DNA of 63,037 nt, the filler included, from Pelomyxa schiedti (lineage: Eukaryota; Protista; Evosea): the NCBI GenBank assembly GCA_020536535.1. It is 7 parts of 7 records of this genome, joined end to end, with 100 filler letters (N's around TTAATTAATTAA, not from the genome) between each part and the next. Parts side by side here need not be neighbours in the genome. Positions count along the whole stretch, not along the records: positions 59,752 to 61,188 come from JAHLWZ010002506.1; positions 61,289 to 63,037 come from JAHLWZ010002293.1; 5 more parts are not named here. The stretch is one strand, 5' to 3'. The position numbers and the translations under genes are program-made. The notes under the pieces are model-generated. The model saw only the letters and a list, made by a program, of their open reading frames with translations. It made no database searches and was not told the origin of the DNA. Below are positions 59,752 through 63,037 of the stretch, piece after piece. Position 1 is the first letter of the stretch, and each line of letters opens with the position of its first letter.

Positions 59752-61188
59752 GAACACAAATGCCCCAAACATCCAAAGAAAGATCTTGATCTATTCTGTT
59801 TGGAGGAGAGGGATCCAATATGTTCACTGTGTGCATTCAGTTCAGCTCACTCCTCCCACAAGTGTGTCCCACTGGATGAAATCAGCTCGAAGATCCGTGA
59901 GTCCATTTTGGGTGTGTTGCTGTTGGGAAAAAAAAATCTGAAGTTTGACTTGTATTCTTATTCTTTGTGTAGGTTCGATTCACAAACTTGAAGAAGCAGT
60001 TGCCCTTGAATGTGAAGCAACAAAAAGATGTGAGGCCTCCATTCTTGAGACCAAGGCAAACTCTTCACTCAATTATATCCAATGTCAAATCTGAGGCCGA
60101 GTCAGTCTTGCACTCCTTGAATCGGCAGGTTAGTGAGGTTGTTGCGGACTGTACTTCACTTTCCTCTTTGATAGGTATTATTTCTATTCCCTTTCAGATA
60201 CAGCAACAAACCAAAACCACAGAATCACATGTGAAAGAACACAAAGAGTGCCTCGAGGTGTGCATGTCAACACACCAAAGAACAATCATGAGAGCACTCG
60301 AAATCGCCAAGTCCAGCGACGTTGTGAGCCTGGTCACAGCAGACAAGAAGCTGAAGGAAACTCTTTGTGAGTGCACACATCTTGTGTCATCTGGAGCAAT
60401 GACACCATGCCTCTCAGCAAAGAACATCACACACTGTGGAAATATCCACACACTCAAGGAGATACTTGACGGCGAATTTACATCAGTGCAAAACAACAAC
60501 AACCTCCAGACAGCCGAAGTTCAGGGAAGTAGTAGTAACTCAATCAAAGCACTGACAGAGAGAGTGAGACAACTGGAGGAGAGCTTAGTCAAAGAAGGTG
60601 CGTTGAACAGTGAACTGAGAGCACAGTTAGATGCAAAGCAGGATCAAATTGATGAGTTGCAGTCAACAGTCCAACTGTTGGAACCCTTGGCGGCCATCCA
60701 AATACATTTGCCAGAACATGTTACACCCCCTGTGAACGTGGTTGATGAGGCAGATGGTCCTGCTACCCAACTGAATGCTAAAGTCGTTGCTAGTTGTGAC
60801 CATCATGCAAATTACACCCCAGAGAATACTCTGAAGGAGGGAACAATTGGCTATGCCAGCCCAAAAATGCCTTTCTCAGGTTTCCATTCCCTTCGCCTTT
60901 CTGTGCTTAGTACTCACACCACACAGGAGAAGTATTCATTGTGTATGATTTGATTTCAATGAAGAAGCTCACCAAGTTCCAGCTTAAGAACGGTGATTCT
61001 GCCGAGCAGAGGGTGAAGACATTCTCACTGTATGGGGCCAACACACCAAACGGGCCATGGACTCAGGCACTAGACAGAGCCAAAGCCAAACTGAGTGCTG
61101 ATGTGGGGGAGTTCAAAATCACAAACAGTATCCCCAAGTTGAGGTTCTGGAAGCTTCTCTTGCTGGACAATGGTTATCACACAACAGG
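59752..61188 (+). CDS. TRIM-like protein: B-box zinc finger, coiled coil, discoidin (F5/8C)-like domain; partial at both ends
   Basis: KCPKHPKKDLDLFCLEERDPICSLCAFSSAHSSHKCVPL (B-box2). Coiled coil. VVASCDH...YTPENTL...IVYDL...LTKFQLKN...VKTFSLYGA...GPW...RFWKL. Confidence 0.75.
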
Positions 61189-61288
61189 NNNNNNNNNNNN
61201 NNNNNNNNNNNNNNNNNNNNNNNNNNNNNNNNTTAATTAATTAANNNNNNNNNNNNNNNNNNNNNNNNNNNNNNNNNNNNNNNNNNNN

Positions 61289-61703
61289 TTGAGAGGAAAA
61301 TGCTGCAACAACAAACCCTGTGGATATTCCATGTCCGATCACGCAGATGAATTCTGTGATCAATACCTCCCAACGCAGGTTATTACCGTTTGGTAAGCCC
61401 CTTGAGTTAGTTTCCTCATCTCACTTGGCAAAGGTACTTCCCTGACGACACCGGCGAGGTTACAATTACTTATCTTCATTCCCGTCCTATTTTCTCTCAT
61501 TTCCTATATAGGTTTACTGTGCCCTTGAGGCCGATGTTCCTGGAGACTGGATAGCCGGACTCGTTTTCGGCTGTGTCTTTTTTGTTATTTTCATAGGTAC
61601 TCATTTATACCACCAATTCTTCCAGAAGTCTGTCTTTATGGACTTCTCTAACAATATTTCAGTATTGTCTGTCATTACATGTATTGTGGTTATAAACTCC
61701 TAA
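61289..61703 (+). CDS. DUF3592-like membrane protein, paralogue 1 (5'-partial)
   Basis: GKCCNNKPC...ITVW|YFPDDTGE|VYCALEADVPGDWIAGLVFGCVFFVIFI|VLSVITCIVVINS*. Confidence 0.55.
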
Positions 61704-61898
61704 AACAAATCAAAAAAACCAAAAAAACTACTTCGGAATCCGCCGGATTCGGCTTAGATCTCTCTGCAACGAGAAGGGCACACAGTTTCGGTAGAACATT
61801 CTCAGAACACCCCAAAAAACTGTGCACCTACCATTTACATTGGTCGAAAGGAGAAACAATCACAAAAAGAAAATCGAAAAACTGAGTGACAACCACAA

Positions 61899-62918
61899 AT
61901 GCTGCTGCGAGAAGACGACGAAGCTCCACCCCCGTGGGGACGCCGTGACCGTGACCGCGATATAAGCGGAGACCTCGGGGAGGGTGTCGCAGGAACATGC
62001 GCTTGTTGTACGCTGTTCGTTCTGGCAATTGCTCTGGCTTTGTTGATTGTGTTCTCCAGAAGAGTTGCCCAAGAACACGTGGTATGGTGGCGTGTTTGTT
62101 GTTTCCACATTTTAATGCTTTTGTTTGTTCTTTGCTGGGGTATTTTTCCTTTCCTGCTCTGAACAACACTCATGGGTTTCACAGTGAGTGGGACTTTCTT
62201 TCTCAAGGTCTGGATTAGTTCTAGTTCCCACTAACAAAGTTCAAGTGACCCAACGGACTTGATACAGACTGTGGGGACCGTGGATAGTGCTGTTACCAGT
62301 TACAAGTTTTTAGAATCGAAGTGTGAAGTGAAATTTCACTTCCAACCTTTGGGTACTAATTCAGCTTGTTTTTGCTGTTACCGAACTTGAAGTTAGAAGG
62401 AGAAACAAGGCATGGGAAATGCTGTGACACCAAATCCTGCCAGTACACAAGCGGGACCCAGGCACAATCCTACTGTGGCTGGTTCTACCGGGATCAGGAG
62501 ATTCCTGTTTGGTGGGCCAGTCCCCTCCTATAACTCATTAGTCTCACTCAACCATAGGTACACACCAAATGATCCTAACGAGGTCCCTCTCCCGCCAATC
62601 ATCAATTCCCTCATATCTCACTCAGGTTTACTGTGACCTTCAGGCGCATGTACCAGGGTCCTGGATTTTCGCTCTTATTTGCGGCTCATTCTTTGGTGTT
62701 CTGCTTCTTGGTACCAATTTTTTCCCATCATCTTATTCTGATCAGAGGACTCTTTAGGGCTGATCCCGGCAACTGTTGTTATTATCGTCTACGAGGTGAC
62801 ACAATGCTGGGGAAATCGACACCGCCATCCTGCACCAATTGGAGCCGTTCCAGCTCCAATTGAACTTGAACCTGTGGCGCCAATGGATGTGGAAGGATGT
62901 GACCCCATGGTCGTGTAA
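61899..62918 (+). CDS. DUF3592-like two-TM protein with Cys-rich loop, paralogue 2; multi-exon
   Basis: TM1 CTLFVLAIALALLIVF; QTVGTV...CEVKFHF; GKCCDTKSC...IPVW|YTPNDPNE|VYCDLQAHVPGSWIFALICGSFFGVLLL|GLIPATVVIIV...MVV*. Confidence 0.6.
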
Positions 62919-63037
62919 AAAAAAACCAAGGAATTCCTGTTCTTTTGGGGTTTGTGTGTACAACAACTAGTAATTCTTTTTTTGGTTTCGTTTTGGTAAC
63001 AATTTGTTAGGGGGTGTGGTGTTGGGCGTGATTGATC

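Overview
Compact, gene-dense eukaryotic (protist) DNA with many short GT-AG introns of roughly 40-80 nt, so the ORF track fragments most genes. The overall style suggests an amoebozoan, possibly a Pelomyxa-like archamoeba; this is inference only. The window is not one contiguous locus. Six N-padded TTAATTAATTAA linkers join separate contigs, and six 100-N gaps are associated with duplicated sequence (probably unresolved haplotypes). One inverted chimera points to whole-genome amplification. Recognisable housekeeping genes are RFC3, TSEN34, PIGA, MFSD5 and an SLC35A nucleotide-sugar transporter. The more unusual genes are: an intron-split, probably N-myristoylated caspase-family (C14) protease that the ORF track misses; a ZZ-zinc-finger/adenylation/thiolation/reductase (carboxylic-acid-reductase-like) fusion; a small protein with two Nup98-like GLEBS motifs; a PX-LRR-CRIB-STE20 kinase; a bacterial-style VIT-vWA-TPR-DUF2135 protein; a toxin-like R-S-E ADP-ribosyltransferase; two diverged copies of an IPT/TIG receptor kinase; and a B-box/coiled-coil/discoidin protein. 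There is also an orphan enolase fragment, a 21-bp core repeat array with variable linkers, and a possible structured RNA. No tRNA, rRNA, CRISPR-Cas or transposase was found.
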